A stretch of 64,000 bases of DNA from Octopus sinensis. Its lineage: Eukaryota. Made by a program: the position numbers and the translations under genes. This document shows, piece by piece, positions 26,289 to 39,339 of this stretch; position 1 is the first letter of the stretch, and each line of letters starts with the position of its first letter. The notes under the pieces were generated by a model that was not told the origin of the DNA, made no database searches, and saw only the letters and a program-made list of their open reading frames with translations. Location of the stretch: contig NC_042998.1 in assembly GCF_006345805.1 (NCBI RefSeq), positions 27,032,001 to 27,096,000 on the forward strand. The letters run 5' to 3'.

Positions 26289-26711
26289 TTAATACATTTG
26301 GTTTCTCTCAGTTATGCTTTAAGCTCAGTAAACATGTTAGCCAAATAACCTGTTATAAATGAATGAATGAATGAATGAATGCGATGTAGATGGTTGTTAT
26401 TTAATCCCAGGTTAGTTCTGATTAAGGAGACCTATAATTAAAAGCATTCCAGTTATGACTAACCTGCCTTTTTGCTTTCTTTCTTTTTTTATTTGATGAT
26501 TGCATTGTCTAATGTGATCTTCCTCTCCCAACACAGCAGCCAAATTTCTCTCAAATCACACTCAACAATTTCTAAGATGTTGAACAATCTTACTTATTGT
26601 AAGTAATGATGTGGCTAACTGAAGAAGTTGGAAACTATGGTGGTTGGTAAAAAAAAAAAAAAAGAAAAGAAAGAAAGAAGTGAAGGATGTTGGCATAATC
26701 AATAGAAATAA

Positions 26712-26905
26712 TGGTTTCAGGATTTTAACACAAGGTCAGTAATTTCGGGCAAGCGATTATATCAACTGGTGCTTATTGTATCAACCCCCAAAAAGGATGA
26801 AAGGCAAAGACAACCATGGTGAAATTTGAACTCGGAATGTAAAAACGGCTGAAATGCTGCAAAACATTATGTCCAGCATGCTAACAATTCAGCCAGATTG
26901 CCACC
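26712..26905 (-). mobile_element. SINE family C, degenerate
   Basis: aaaggatgaaaggcaaag..gaaatttgaactc..gctaacaattcagccag. Confidence 0.7.
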
Positions 26906-27115
26906 TTATAATCAAAACAAATAATACAACCATAAAAGTAAAGACATTTTTATTGATGTTTATTTAATACCTCTTAAGCTCCAAAACAATAATTATCACC
27001 ATCAGCCCCATAGCTGTTGGGAGTAAACTCAACTCTACAGATAAAAGACCACACACTTTCAGATTTCCACTGTCTTTTGAGAGTTGACAAAAATATTTGG
27101 TTGGTCCATCCTTAA

Positions 27116-27338
27116 CCCTTTTGTTACCAACCCAGCTGAAACCACCACTGGCTCTGTAGTACAAATGTCTTGTTTTCATAAGTTCTGAATTAAAACCTTC
27201 CACCAAACCTTAGTCACAATTTATGTTCCGAACACTAGCTTAATGGATAACTAAGATATTTTACTAAATTCTTTGGTATATTCAAAATTAATTGAAAGAA
27301 ACACAGAGCATCTCAACAGAAATATGGTAACAAAAGGG
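27116..27338 (+). mobile_element. piggyBac-type MITE family 1
   Basis: TTAA TSDs, TIR CCCTTTTGTTACCA. Confidence 0.85.
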
Positions 27339-27465
27339 TTAATATTATTTCACTATGTTTCCTCTCTTGCACAGGGTTTTAGTTAGACACTGTGGCCTTC
27401 ACATGTACCCATACTTCATTGCTACTGTCTGTTGTTGATAGACAAAAATTTATCAAATGCTTTAA

Positions 27466-27685
27466 ACCTTTTGTTACAATATTTCTGTTGAGATGCTGTG
27501 TTTCTTTCAATTAATTTAAAATATAACAAAGAATTTAGTAAAATAACTTAATTAACATTAAGCAAGTGTTAGGAACATAAATTATGACTATGGTTACGTG
27601 GGAGATTTTAATTCAGAACTTTTGAAAACAAGACATTTGTACTACAGAGCTAGAGGCAGTTTCAGCCAGGTTGGTATCAAAAGGG
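27466..27685 (-). mobile_element. piggyBac-type MITE family 1, inverted relative to its neighbour
   Basis: TTAA TSDs; reverse complement of 27116-27338. Confidence 0.85.
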
Positions 27686-27899
27686 TTAATGGCTGTGTCT
27701 ATTATTTTAAAAGATATTTCAGCAGCAAAAAGAAAGCAGACCATACAGTGGCATTTAATTTCCACTGCCTGAATTCTTTGTTTTTTTTTAATTCTTTTTT
27801 TGAAGAATAACAACCTTCATTCTAAGTGTTACAGTGATATTCTTTGTGTATTTTATTGCTAGAAGAGTTATTTGTCCAGCCCACTTCTAACATCAACTT

Positions 27900-29200
27900 T
27901 ATGTAGAATAATTACTGTTCTGCTTTTGATAGGCTTTGTTTGTTGTTTCAAAGTAGTCAGATGTTGTTATACACCACTGGTCACAATGCACTTACAATCC
28001 TTTCTTGATTGCACACTTCTTTTTCATCATGGCCTAAATCGTTTAATAAAAATCATTGTGTGGCATCTCTTGGACATCACTTGGCAACCTCACAGATCCA
28101 CCTTGCAACATTTCCAGCTCAGTGGAATTTGTGCTTTTGATATTCTACAATCATATCATTCATTCCACTCCAGTCTCAAATTGTCTCATTTGGGATATAC
28201 TCTTAGAATGGATCTTTCCATGGCCCTTTGCATCATAGTCAACTGATGTTGTTTGCTCAACAACATCAGTAAGGGTCCATGAAAAAATTTTGCTTTGGAT
28301 GTATTTATTGCAAGAAAAGGGCTTCTCTCTCTTTGTAGTAGCCCAAAATCTCACTTGCATATAAGAGACCAGGTAGGATGGAACACTGAAGAGACTGGCA
28401 TATAGAGCCTTATCCAGTTTTGCACATTTTTTTTTTTATCAAGGCAAATGCCTTCCATCCTGTCCTTATTCTCTGGAAAATTTCAGCATCCTTGTCTCAG
28501 TACATATTGGTTGGGTGCCCCAAGTAGACATACTCCTTTACCATTGGTTAAAACTATTTTAATAGTATTTTTATATTTTTCTCATAAATGTTCTAAATAT
28601 TCAACACTGATGTTGTATGTTCTCATTGTTGCTGAAGATGTAAGTAGTGAGGGTTGTCTTTCTCAGAAAAGTGCGATGACTAATACAGTGTTGGCAATTC
28701 TGCTGTATACCAGATCAAATTATCATAAGATGCCTGTAGTTTCATCATCCTCAAGCACCAATATCGACGATTTTGATAATTTCTAAGTAATTTCCCATTT
28801 TAACAGGATTTTGCAGTATTACGAACATCCTTCTGTGTGACTAAGATATTGTTTTTATTGATACAAAGAAAACAATTCAAAATTGCTGAATTCATATTAG
28901 CCTGGAATGTACACAACTACAAGCAGTATTTCCTCGAATACTCAGAAATTGTCTGTTTTTGTAAAATATTTCCCCATTTTCATCTTAAATGCTAGTAAAT
29001 TGTCTTTAATAGTTAGTCCTTTCACTGCTTAACAAGCCATTTTGAACTTGTTTTTCCATGAAACAGACATGTTTGCATTTGGCTTGATCTTCAAACAACT
29101 TTCTCTGCTTTCTTCTGTTGAACTCTGTATATTCCTTATTTCCTTTTTGGCACTATATGTGTTGGCCAGTAATTTTTCTCATTTTGCCTCACATATGTAA
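27900..29200 (-). pseudogene. degenerate RTE-clade LINE, late RT and C-terminal region
   Basis: minus-strand peptides EYVYLG, DAEIFQRIRTGWKAF and QRAMERSIL occur in the expected order for RTE ORFs; many stops and indels; boundaries approximate. Confidence 0.65.
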
Positions 29201-31507
29201 AATCTATGCATCTACTCCAATTTTATTTTCTAGTTTGCTATCATCTGCTGAAACACTCGGTAGTTATTTGTAATTCTTTTATATTGAAAAAGAAAAAAGC
29301 ATTTTTATCAGCACCTTCAGTATTTAATATGATAAGCAGGGCAAACATCCCTCACTTATGCTTTGAAGGTTACTGCAACCTAAAGTTTCTCAGATAAATT
29401 GAAACATGGTATGATTATCAATAATACCAAGGTTTTCTACAAAACTAATAAATCAACTTTCAAAAGCTAATAGAAAAGCATGCATTAATGAATGATTTAT
29501 TTTCATTAATTAATCTGTCAACTGGAAGTAATGATATATCATTTCCAAGTCTTGACATATTAGAACATAAAAGTAGTGAGGTGGTTAATATTTAACTTAA
29601 ATTATTACATGTTAGAGAAGGGAGTTCGTGAAACGGCCTTTTGGTGTGGGAGATGAGGAATAAGACAATGAACTGACAAGGTGTTGATTTTGGTGAAGGT
29701 GGCATGCAGTTTCTAAGTTCAGATTAAACATTGTGTCTATGTTTTTAAAAGTATATTGTATCTGTGTTGCTGGGTTTTCTCAAGGTTTCTATTCATTCAA
29801 CAAGGTGCATGGATCATTTCAGATGTTCAAGTTGTATGAGCATGAGACTTGTATCTAGAAGCAGGTGGTGTGTGTGTGAGATAATAACATAAGCACAAAA
29901 GTATGTTTTGCTTACAAGCAGACAGCATACACACTATTTATGAATGTAGAGAAGAGTATGTCAGAGATAATTAATTTCTGAGAAATAACTGGATTCTCAG
30001 AATGAGTTTGGTCAACATTATATGAATGCACATGGAAAAACATATGAACACATGTAGGCAATGGAAATAGTCTGACAAACTTGGTTAGTCATCTAATTAA
30101 TGAAAATGGAAATTTCTGTGCACAAATGTACGTTTTTTTTTTTTAGTATTTTTTCTTTTTTTTATTAATCAAAGAACTATAAATACCCAAGTATCAATGA
30201 AGAACACAAGTATTCAATAAACTCTGGAAAATAGGAATTGGAATGGTGTTAATTTTATGTCTAAACACTGGCTGTACAAAAGATATAGCAAACTGATGAG
30301 GATCCTAGATATCAAATGTATCAAAAACTGGAAGATAATAGACAGCAGAACGAAACATCAAGTAAAGGTGATCAGCTTTTGCCATTATGATTATCACATC
30401 AGAAGTTCAATGTTGCAATAAGAGTTCAAGTGGTGGAACGGTTTCAGTTTAAATTGCCTTAAGATTTGGTATTTCTAAGAACATAATCATAAGGTCTGTG
30501 CCTCAGACAGGTCTGATGGAGCAATTTGTATTCCGTTTGGGATATAGTTCCAAAGTGGAAATACTGCAACACTGGAACCATGTGGGCCCCTCAAATTATT
30601 CTTAATGTTCTGTTATTTGGGTTATCGAACTAAAATTGAAGTTGTTACAGGTAAAAACTGATTGGCCAGAGTAAGAAGCCCAGAAAGTTTCTTTCTTCCT
30701 CTCTCTCTCTCTCTCTTTTTTCTTTCTTTCTCTCCTATCTCAAGGTAAAAAGCAAAATGTATGAAGCATGTGTAAGAATTATAATGCATATGGCAATCAG
30801 ACCTGAGCAATTAATGTAAATGATCTGCAAATGATTAGAAATAATGAACTGAATAGAATTCATCGAATGTCCAGCATTAAATTAACTCAAAGACCGAGCA
30901 TAAATGAACTGAAATTGTCATTGAGTATCAAAGGGATTAGTTTGTGTGAGCAATGCCCTAGCGGGGATGTGCGATGCAAATAAATTATACATACAGGTGA
31001 AAAAGTGCTGCAAGTTAATGGATGCAGAGGAAACGTTGAGGTCAACTTTGAGGAAGCTGGACTTCAGAGACAAAGATAACAGAGGACAAAGCAGAATGAA
31101 AATGAACAGTACAATAATATCAAAGGACAATGACATTAATACTGCATTTCTTGATACTGTTTTTCCCTCTTCAAATCAAATAATGAATTAATTGGTTGCT
31201 AGGAAAAGAAATATGAAGAAATTTTCAGCAAAAATATTTGCTGATGAATAAAGATGTGTAGATTAAACTATTCATTAATTAAAGTTAGCATCAACATTAT
31301 ATTTTCGATATTTATATATTTATAAGCTGTATCAATTTTGTTTTTCCACAGACTGTAATATTTAGAGCTATGAAGTTTATATTTGCAACTTCATTATTAT
31401 TATTTCCACAGTGGCCAAGCAGATAATTACAAATTATAGGCAATTATAAGAGGATGATTAAAAGTATTTGAATTCAGATATAGAAGATAACTACAATTTA
31501 TTTAGAC

Positions 31508-31935
31508 ATAGGTGCAGGCATGGCTGTATGGAAAAGTTTGCTTTCCAACCACATGGTTCCAGGTTCAGTCCTACTGCGTGACACTCTGGACAAGTGTTTT
31601 CTACTATAGCCTTGAGCCAACCAAAGCTATGTGAGTGGAAACTAAAAGAAGCCCGTTGTATGTGCGTGTGCATGTGTGGTGTGTATATGTATCTGCATGC
31701 GTGTGTGTGGTGTATGTGTGTGCATTTGTATCTCTGTCTCCACCACCACTTGAGAGCCAATGCTGGTATGCTTACGTCCATGTGACTTCACGGTTCAGCA
31801 AAAGAGACCAATAGAATAAGTACCAGGCTTTAAAAAGACAAGTATTGAGGCCGATTCATCCAACTAAGAATTCTTCAAGGCAGTGCTCCAGCATGGCCAC
31901 AGTCTAATGACTGAAGCAAGTAAAAGACTGAATAA
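31508..31935 (+). mobile_element. full-length SINE family A, older copy
   Basis: head, TG-rich centre, tail gcagtgctccagcatggccacagtctaatgactgaa. Confidence 0.85.
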
Positions 31936-31962
31936 AGAACTTTACCATTTTACTTTCATTAA

Positions 31963-32295
31963 CATAGGCACAGGAATGGCTGTGTGGTAAGTAGCTTACT
32001 TACCAACCACATGATTCTGGGTTCAGTCCCACTGCGTGGCACTTTGGACAAGTGTCTTCTACTACAGTCTGGGCCGACCAAAGCCTTGTGAGTGGATTTG
32101 GTAGACGGAAACTGAGAGAAGCCCGTCGTATATCTGTATATATCGGAGTGGTTGGCGTTAGGAAGGGCATCCAGCTGTAGAAACTTTGCCAGATAAGACT
32201 GGAGCCTGGGGCAGCCTTCTGGCTTCCCAGATCCCCGGTCGAACCGTCCAACCCATGCTAGCATGGAGAACGGACGTTAAACGATGATGATGATG

Positions 32296-32333
<38 letters not shown>

Positions 32334-32563
32334 GTATGTGTGTATATGCTGTGTATCTGTGGTTGTCCCCCCCCCCCACATCGCTTGACAACCAATGCTG
32401 GTGTGTTTACATCCCCGTAACTTAACAGTTCGGCAAAAGAGACCGATAGAATAAGTACTGGGCTTACAAAAGAATAAGTCCCGGGATCAAGTTGCTCGAC
32501 TAAAGGTGGTGCTCCAGCATGACCACAGTCAAATGACTGAAACAAATAAAAGAGTAAAGAGTA
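31963..32563 (+). mobile_element. full-length SINE family A with a nested family B 3' end (32143-32296)
   Basis: head, tcggagtggttggcgttagg...aacgatgatgat insert in the TA centre, tail (AAAGAGT)n. Confidence 0.9.
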
Positions 32564-32806
32564 ATTTCTTTAAAGTGAAAATAAAAAAATGAGTTATGAT
32601 ACTTTTTACGCAACAGAAATTTTCAGAATATGTAAATAGTTATGTTTCCTAGAACATTATGTCTTTGGAGCATTATTGGAGTTTTTCATCTTTAAATGAC
32701 AAGGACAAGTCTGGTTAGTAAATTCTCAGTCTGTTGCCTTGGCATCTTGATTCTTTTAGCAGAGTCCACTGCTTCAAGCATTCAGGCTATGTCTCCAGTA
32801 CACAAC

Positions 32807-33169
32807 TGATGTGATTTTTTATTTTTATAATGTCAATGTAGGGTAGGAGTGAAAGGTTAGATATGGTCAGTTTTGAATGTAATCACAGGTAGAATACTAA
32901 TACTGTTTGAATACTAAAGGGTTAAAAGGCATATTTTATAGACAAAAGTCATCAACAATGTCTTTGCAGTTTCTCTAATCATTTTCATGTCTATGAACAA
33001 AAGATCTATTATAAAATTTCATTGAAATGTAAATGTTATTTATAAAATGATAAACACAGGTGAAAGGGCTTATACTGATACAATAAAGCTGCAATCAAGT
33101 ACTAGGGCCCATTTTATCATGTAAGTCCTCTCCAGTTAGAAATGCTATAAATTTTAATCAGATGTAACT
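32807..33169. repeat. mosaic of three segments copied from 37.4-38.5 kb
   Basis: 32807-33070 = reverse complement of 37511-37748 (25-bp indel); 33078-33134 = 37444-37500; 33134-33169 = 38453-38488. Confidence 0.9.
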
Positions 33170-34453
33170 CTCACCATTCTCAGTGGTCCTGTAAAATGTC
33201 TGGAACAGTACCTTCCGCTGTGATTAAAAAGTAAGTAAAAAAAAGGATCTGGACTTTTAGAAGTGGTAAACAGGGTGTGTCACTTTTTTCAGAGATCATT
33301 TGTATGAATTTAGAAAAAGATGCACAGCTCTTCAAAGGAAAGTTGTATTTGAAAACAAATTCGTACAAATAATTTTGAGGATCCACGTCTTTTAAATATT
33401 GGTGTCTTCACCCACCTCATCTTTATCTCATGCACACACACACACACAGATACATACACACAAACTCATCATGCGTTTGAAACAGCAACAATCACAAAAA
33501 TGATTTTTTTTTTATTTTTCATGATTTTCTCTCATTTTATCTTATTCTACATTATGAAACATTTGTCAACTCACATTAAAAGAAGAAAAAAATCTCACCC
33601 CACCCTTCCCTCCTTCATTGCACTTTTCACTATGAAGGAAAAGTGAAACACCACAAGTGGATGTGTGAAAAACGAAATATGGATTTTGAAAAAATGTATC
33701 TATAAAGCAACATTTTCAGTCACTTATTCAAACTTTCTCTGCTAACTCATCAAATTTCAATTATTTGAAATGGATGGGTCTAAACTTGGTAATTTTCTAA
33801 GATTCTAATTCTTGTGTATAAGGAGCCCACTGAACTTGAAGTGCCTCAGGGCCCCCATGCTTTAAATCCAGTCCTGTGTACATGCATTTTCTTTCATTTA
33901 ACTGCTGGTGTTGGATCCCAGTCAGCAGCTTCCAGCTCCTTCCAGACTTTCACACCAAGGATCAGGCAACTTTCAGGAAGTGAGCTATCTCTGTATCACT
34001 GCATTTTTAAGGAAACAATTACAGCGTGCCTTTTCATTTGCTGAGTCAACTTGATGTGTGATATGATCTATCTTCAAAGTAAGGTAAAATAGAATAAGTT
34101 AGAAGAAAGTTAGAGCTTTTGAAAAGGGTATCCTCAAAAATTTGATGTACCCTGTATAAATACAAATGACAAAGTGGGATGGAGAACCACACCACTTCTA
34201 TCCCAAATAAGTATGTGTGTGTGTGCGCGTGTGTGTGCACGTTTGTGTGGGCGTGGGTGTGCACATGTGTGTGGATGGGTGTGTGTGGGTGTGCATGCTT
34301 GTGCATGAGCATGTGCGTGTGTGTGCAAATTCAATACTTTAGTCTGTTGCCATCTCAAGTATACCATTTCTTGAGCAAACAATTTAAGGACTGACATAAC
34401 ATTTACATTCTAAGCAGGTGCAAAGAAGAAAAATAATCAAGCTTCAAAGTGAT

Positions 34454-35888
34454 GGGCACAGGTGTATGGTTTAAGGAGTTTGCTTTGCAGCCATGTGATT
34501 TTCAATTCAATCCTCCTGCATGTCATGTTGGACAAATGTCTTCTGCTTTCACTTCAGGCTGACAAGTGCCTTCTGAATGAAATTTGTGAGATGGAAGACT
34601 GTACAAAAGCCTATTTTATATGTGTGTATATGAGTGTGGGGGTATCTGTTTCTGTAAGCTTTCACACTCACATTCAACCATGGTGCCATGCAAAAGCTTT
34701 GGTGTGGGTGTTGGTGCCATATAAAATGCACTGGTGCTGGTGTCACTTAAAAGGCATTGATGATGGTGCCACATAAAAAGTGCACTGGTACTGGTGTCAC
34801 TTGAAAGGCATTGATGACGGTGCCATATAAAATGCACTGGTGCTGGTGCCACTTAAAAGGCATTGATGATGGTGCCATATAAAATGCACTGGTGCTGGTG
34901 CCACTTAAAAGGCATTGATGATGGTGCCATATAAAATGCACTGGTGCTGGTGCCACTTAAAAGGCATTGATGATGGTGCCATATAAAATGCACTGGTGCT
35001 GGTGCCACTTAAAAGGCATTGATGATGGTGCCACATAAAAAGTGCACTGGTACTGGTGTCACTTGAAAGGCATTGATGACGGTGCCATATAAAATGCACT
35101 GGTGCTGGTGCCACTTAAAAGGCATTGATGACGGTGCCATATAAAATGCACTGGTGCTGGTGCCACTTAAAAGGCATTGATGATGGTGCCATATAAAATG
35201 CACTGGTGCTGGTGCCACTTAAAAGGCATTGATGATGGTGCCATATAAAATGCACTGGTGCTGGTGCCACTTAAAAGGCATTGATGATGGTGCCACATAA
35301 AAAGTGCACTGGTACTGGTGTCACTTGAAAGGCATTGATGACGGTGCCATATAAAATGCACTGGTGCTGGTGCCACTTAAAAGGCATTGATGATGGTGCC
35401 ACATAAAAAGTGCACTGGTGCTGGTGTCACTTGAAAGGCATTGATGACGGTGCCATATAAAATGCACTGGTGCTGGTGCCACTTAAAAGGCATTGATGAT
35501 GGTGCCACATAAAAAGTGCACTGGTACTGGTGTCACTTGAAAGGCATTGATGACGGTGCCATATAAAATGCACTGGTGCTGGTGCCACTTAAAAGGCATT
35601 GATGATGGTGCCACATAAAAAGTGCACTGGTACTGGTGTCACTTGAAAGGCATTGATGACGGTGCCATATAAAATGCACTGGTGCTGGTGCCACTTAAAA
35701 GGCATTGATGATGGTGCCACATAAAAAGCACCCAGTAAATTCTGTGGAGTGATTGGCATTAGGAAGAGCATCCCGCCACAGAAACCAAACCAAAGCAGAC
35801 TATGGAACCTGGTGCTGCCCTTGGCCTTACCAGTTCCTGTCAAGCCATGCCAGCATGGGAAATGGACTTTGAATGATGATGATGATGT
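34454..35888 (+). mobile_element. chimeric SINE (family A head + RTE-type tail) hosting an expanded minisatellite
   Basis: degenerate head 34454-34615, array, then ggagtgattggcattaggaagagcatcc...gaatgatgatgat. Confidence 0.75.
34713..35712 (+). repeat. 19-unit minisatellite of 52-bp (A) and 54-bp (B) units
   Basis: A=ggtgccatataaaatgcactggtgctggtgccacttaaaaggcattgatgat; B=ggtgccacataaaaagtgcactggtactggtgtcacttgaaaggcattgatgac; order ABAAAABAAAABABABABA. Confidence 0.95.
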
Positions 35889-35952
35889 TAGTTGAGCACC
35901 GATGATGTTAATGACCTGCATGAACCATAGGCCCCACAGCTCAGCAGTTTAA

Positions 35953-36152
35953 CTCTTCAGCATTCAAACCAACCAAATCAGGCCAAAATATTTAACCTGT
36001 TTTATGTTGAAACTGGCCAGATCCAGCCTTTCACACTAACCCTAAAATGCCATTTTAAAACTAAATAAGCATATCATCAAAATCTCTAAACTACAAAATA
36101 ATACATGACCAATTCAAAACAATGTGAACAAATAAGTATTATGTTTCACAGA
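35953..36152 (-). mobile_element. piggyBac-type MITE family 2, one end lost
   Basis: TTAA|CTCTTCAGCATT start; body matches 18281-18500. Confidence 0.7.
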
Positions 36153-36168
36153 GGACAAAGTAGAAATA

Positions 36169-36391
36169 CAATAATGCCTTGACTATTGCAGGTGTTATGT
36201 TCCAAAACCCACCATGATAAGTGAAAATCTGTAAAGTAGAAACAGTACTGTTCTGTATTTTTTTTTTTACCATTTTTATAATTTGCATATATTTATTTTA
36301 TTATAAAGGTAAAACAACACCACAGAGGAATCGATGTAAGCTTAAATAATAAACTGCGATAGGTGAACCGCAATATGGTGAGGGATTACTG
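36169..36391. mobile_element. Tigger/pogo-type MITE
   Basis: TA|CAATAATGCCTTG ... TGAGGGATTACTG|CA, degenerate CAGTAATCCCTC-type TIRs. Confidence 0.6.
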
Positions 36392-36494
36392 CACCTTACT
36401 TGAAATTAAGGGTTGACATCAATAACGGCATCCAGCTGTAGAATAGTGGCTCAAGAAATCAAATCCAATTCATGCCGGCATGAAGAAAGTGAAT

Positions 36495-36768
36495 ATCATC
36501 ATCATCATCGTTTAACATCCGTTTTCCATGCTAGCATGGGTTGGACGGTTTGACCGGGGTCTGAGGAGCCAGAAAGCTGCACCAGACTCCAATCTGATCT
36601 GGCAGTGTTTCTACAGCTGGATGCCCTTCCTAACGCCAACCACTTTGTGAGTGTAATGGGTGCTTTTTACGTGCCACCGGCACAGGTGCCAAGCGAGGCT
36701 GGCAACGTCCACGATCGGTTGGTGCTTTTTATGTGCCACCAGCACGGAAGCCAGTCAAGGCGGCGCAC
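36495..36768 (-). mobile_element. RTE-type 3' end (family B)
   Basis: (CAT)n tail and ggatgcccttcctaacgccaacc motif. Confidence 0.85.
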
Positions 36769-37634
36769 TGTGGAGAATTTCAAGAACACAAGTAAATACA
36801 AAAATAGAGTGAATCATCGGTGTTGTACACTTTCACACATACTCTATTTTTTAAGTTACATTTTGTGACGTTAATAGAAAGAGAAAGGCTTCATATAAAT
36901 AATGCAAGGTAAGAAAGAATATTATAGTTAGATAATAACATTAACCAGGCTAGAATAAAAAATAAAGATGTGGGATTAAACTTTACACATTTGTAAACAA
37001 GTAAATTGAGATCATAAATAAACAATGAACTCACTGATGAAAATAAAAGCCTTGTATTCTTTGCTTTCTAAAAAAACATGCTAGCATTTGTATTTCATTC
37101 TTAAATTGCTGTATACAAAAGCATGTTTAATATCGTTCATATTAAAATCTTACCACATATACTCACACTAATAAATAAAAATTAAAATATAACTATATAA
37201 TATAAAAATTATAAAACACTTTCATTTATAGATAGATATAAACTCAAATGAATGCATTTGGATCATACATAAATTAAGTCAGTTGGAAGAACTTTCCACA
37301 TTAGAGATATCCATACCTACTAATTCCTGAAGGAAATTAGTTGTGATGTTCTGGTGCTGGTGCCACGTAAACATGTAAAAAGCACACTACACTCTGTAAA
37401 ATGGTTGGCATAAGGAAGGACATCCAGCTGTAGATGGATGTCAATACAATAAAGCTGCAATCACGTACTAGGGCCCATTTTATCATGTAAGTCCTCTCCA
37501 AAAATGTCACAGCCCTTTCACCTTTACATTTCAATGAAATTTTATAATAGATCTTTTGTTCATAGACATGAAAATGATTAGAGAAACTGCAAAGACATTG
37601 TTGATGACTTTTGTCTATAAAATATGCCTTTTAA

Positions 37635-37842
37635 CCCTTTGGTATTCAAACAGTATTAGTATTCTACCTGTGATTACATTCAAACTGACCATATCTAACC
37701 TTTCACTCCTACCCTACATTGACATTATAAAAATAAAAAATCACATCATTGATACATCAAAGCTATGAGATAATGCATGGTTAATACAAAATGATGTGAA
37801 TAAATAAGCATAATATTTAACAGTAATCTGAACAGTGCAGAG
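37635..37842 (-). mobile_element. piggyBac-type MITE family 2, older copy
   Basis: TTAA at 37631-34 and 37843-46; body similarity to other copies. Confidence 0.7.
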
Positions 37843-39339
37843 TTAAAATAGTGAAATATTAGTTTTAAAATAGTGGAATGTTTTCAATATTTTACTAGTA
37901 GTCTTCTCCATCAGTGGAAAGACATTAAATTTGTCATTTTAAGAAGTAACTTTAGACATTACATTTTAACCTTTTGAATCAACCTATCTATTTTTCTAAA
38001 TTTTTGTGATGCATTGGCTAATTCCACCTTAATATTATATTTATACTGTTTCAGAATTGAAAGATGTTAACAACTTCAAAATATTTAAAAAGAAATGGGA
38101 GTGTTTCTATTAAAACACTTATTTACAACAGCTGTAGAGAAGAAATTGATTTACATAACTATTTCAACAGGGTCAGGAAATCAGCAATGAGAACAAATAA
38201 CAATATATATACTTTGAAAAAGAATAAGAGCTTCATTCTCTGGTTAATAACCTTTGGTTTTAGATTTTTTTTTATTTACTTTTTAATATTGAATTATTTT
38301 ATGTATAACAAAAATGCTCAGAAAAATGCTATTATTGAACATGTATATTTTAAAAGACAATGTAACTTCCTTAATAAAGAAAGTGTACTTACAGTTGTTT
38401 GCTTGTTTGACATTTTATCACATTTTCAGTCATGATAGAAACTAGTTTGACTAGTTAGAAATGCTATAAATTTTAATCAGATGTAACTTTCTATCCTAGA
38501 TGGAGTGGTCAGTTATTTACAGATATACTTAAGAAACATACTTTATAACAACTGATGGTGGTTGTACTTAAAGAAAAATAATAATTAAAAAAAAGTATAC
38601 AAAAATAAAAATATAGCTGATAACAATATGGACATTTTTCATAAGGAAACAAACTATAAATTATTCACATATAATGACAGAATGTTAAAAACATATAAAC
38701 ATTCTCAAACTACAAAAAAATAACCTGCTCTTCTAAACTTTATTGTAGCTTTTCACATCAATGATGCTTTCAACCATAAATTGTGTATACACATATGCAA
38801 AAATATGCCCAAGATATGCACAATGAATAACTTAAAAAGAAAAAATGTTATTTTTTCGAAAACTGAATTTCAGCGTAATTCTAGACGAAACAGATAATTC
38901 CTATAATAAATTACTCTAATAATATATTTGTAAGAGCAAACCCCAGAAATTGTCTCTTATTAAACGTTTATTTATTTCACTCAAATTCTCAGTCCGCCTA
39001 TATTTATTGTTTTAACATTTCAGAAATCTAATATTCTGTAACATGCTATCATATTAAATATCAAACAGTCAGTTAATCAATAAACTATTAATGGCCTGGC
39101 TTTTTGTTAAATGGATTTAGTGGTGTTATTTTACAAAAATAGCTATCTGCTTGAAATTACGGAATTAGAAATATGTATTCCTTATTTTTCCAATAAATTA
39201 TCTACATTCATGAACAACTTGTTTTCTAGCCATGGAATTTTGGGCAAACATTCAATGTATAATATATAACCTGAAGTCTTCCTCTGTGTGTGTGTGTGTG
39301 TGTGTGTATGTATAAATTTATATATATATATATATATAT

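Noticed and set aside
29560-30330. Possible decayed Penelope GIY-YIG region and CTGATGA near 30293
   Set aside because: Could not recover convincing protein motifs or hammerhead stems by eye.
30946-31191. 81-aa ORF, and a GEKVLQVNG PDZ-like peptide in another frame
   Set aside because: Short match followed by a stop, with no supporting exon structure.
34713-35712. CRISPR-like array of hairpin repeats
   Set aside because: No unique spacers, eukaryotic context, and units derive from a retroposon internal repeat.
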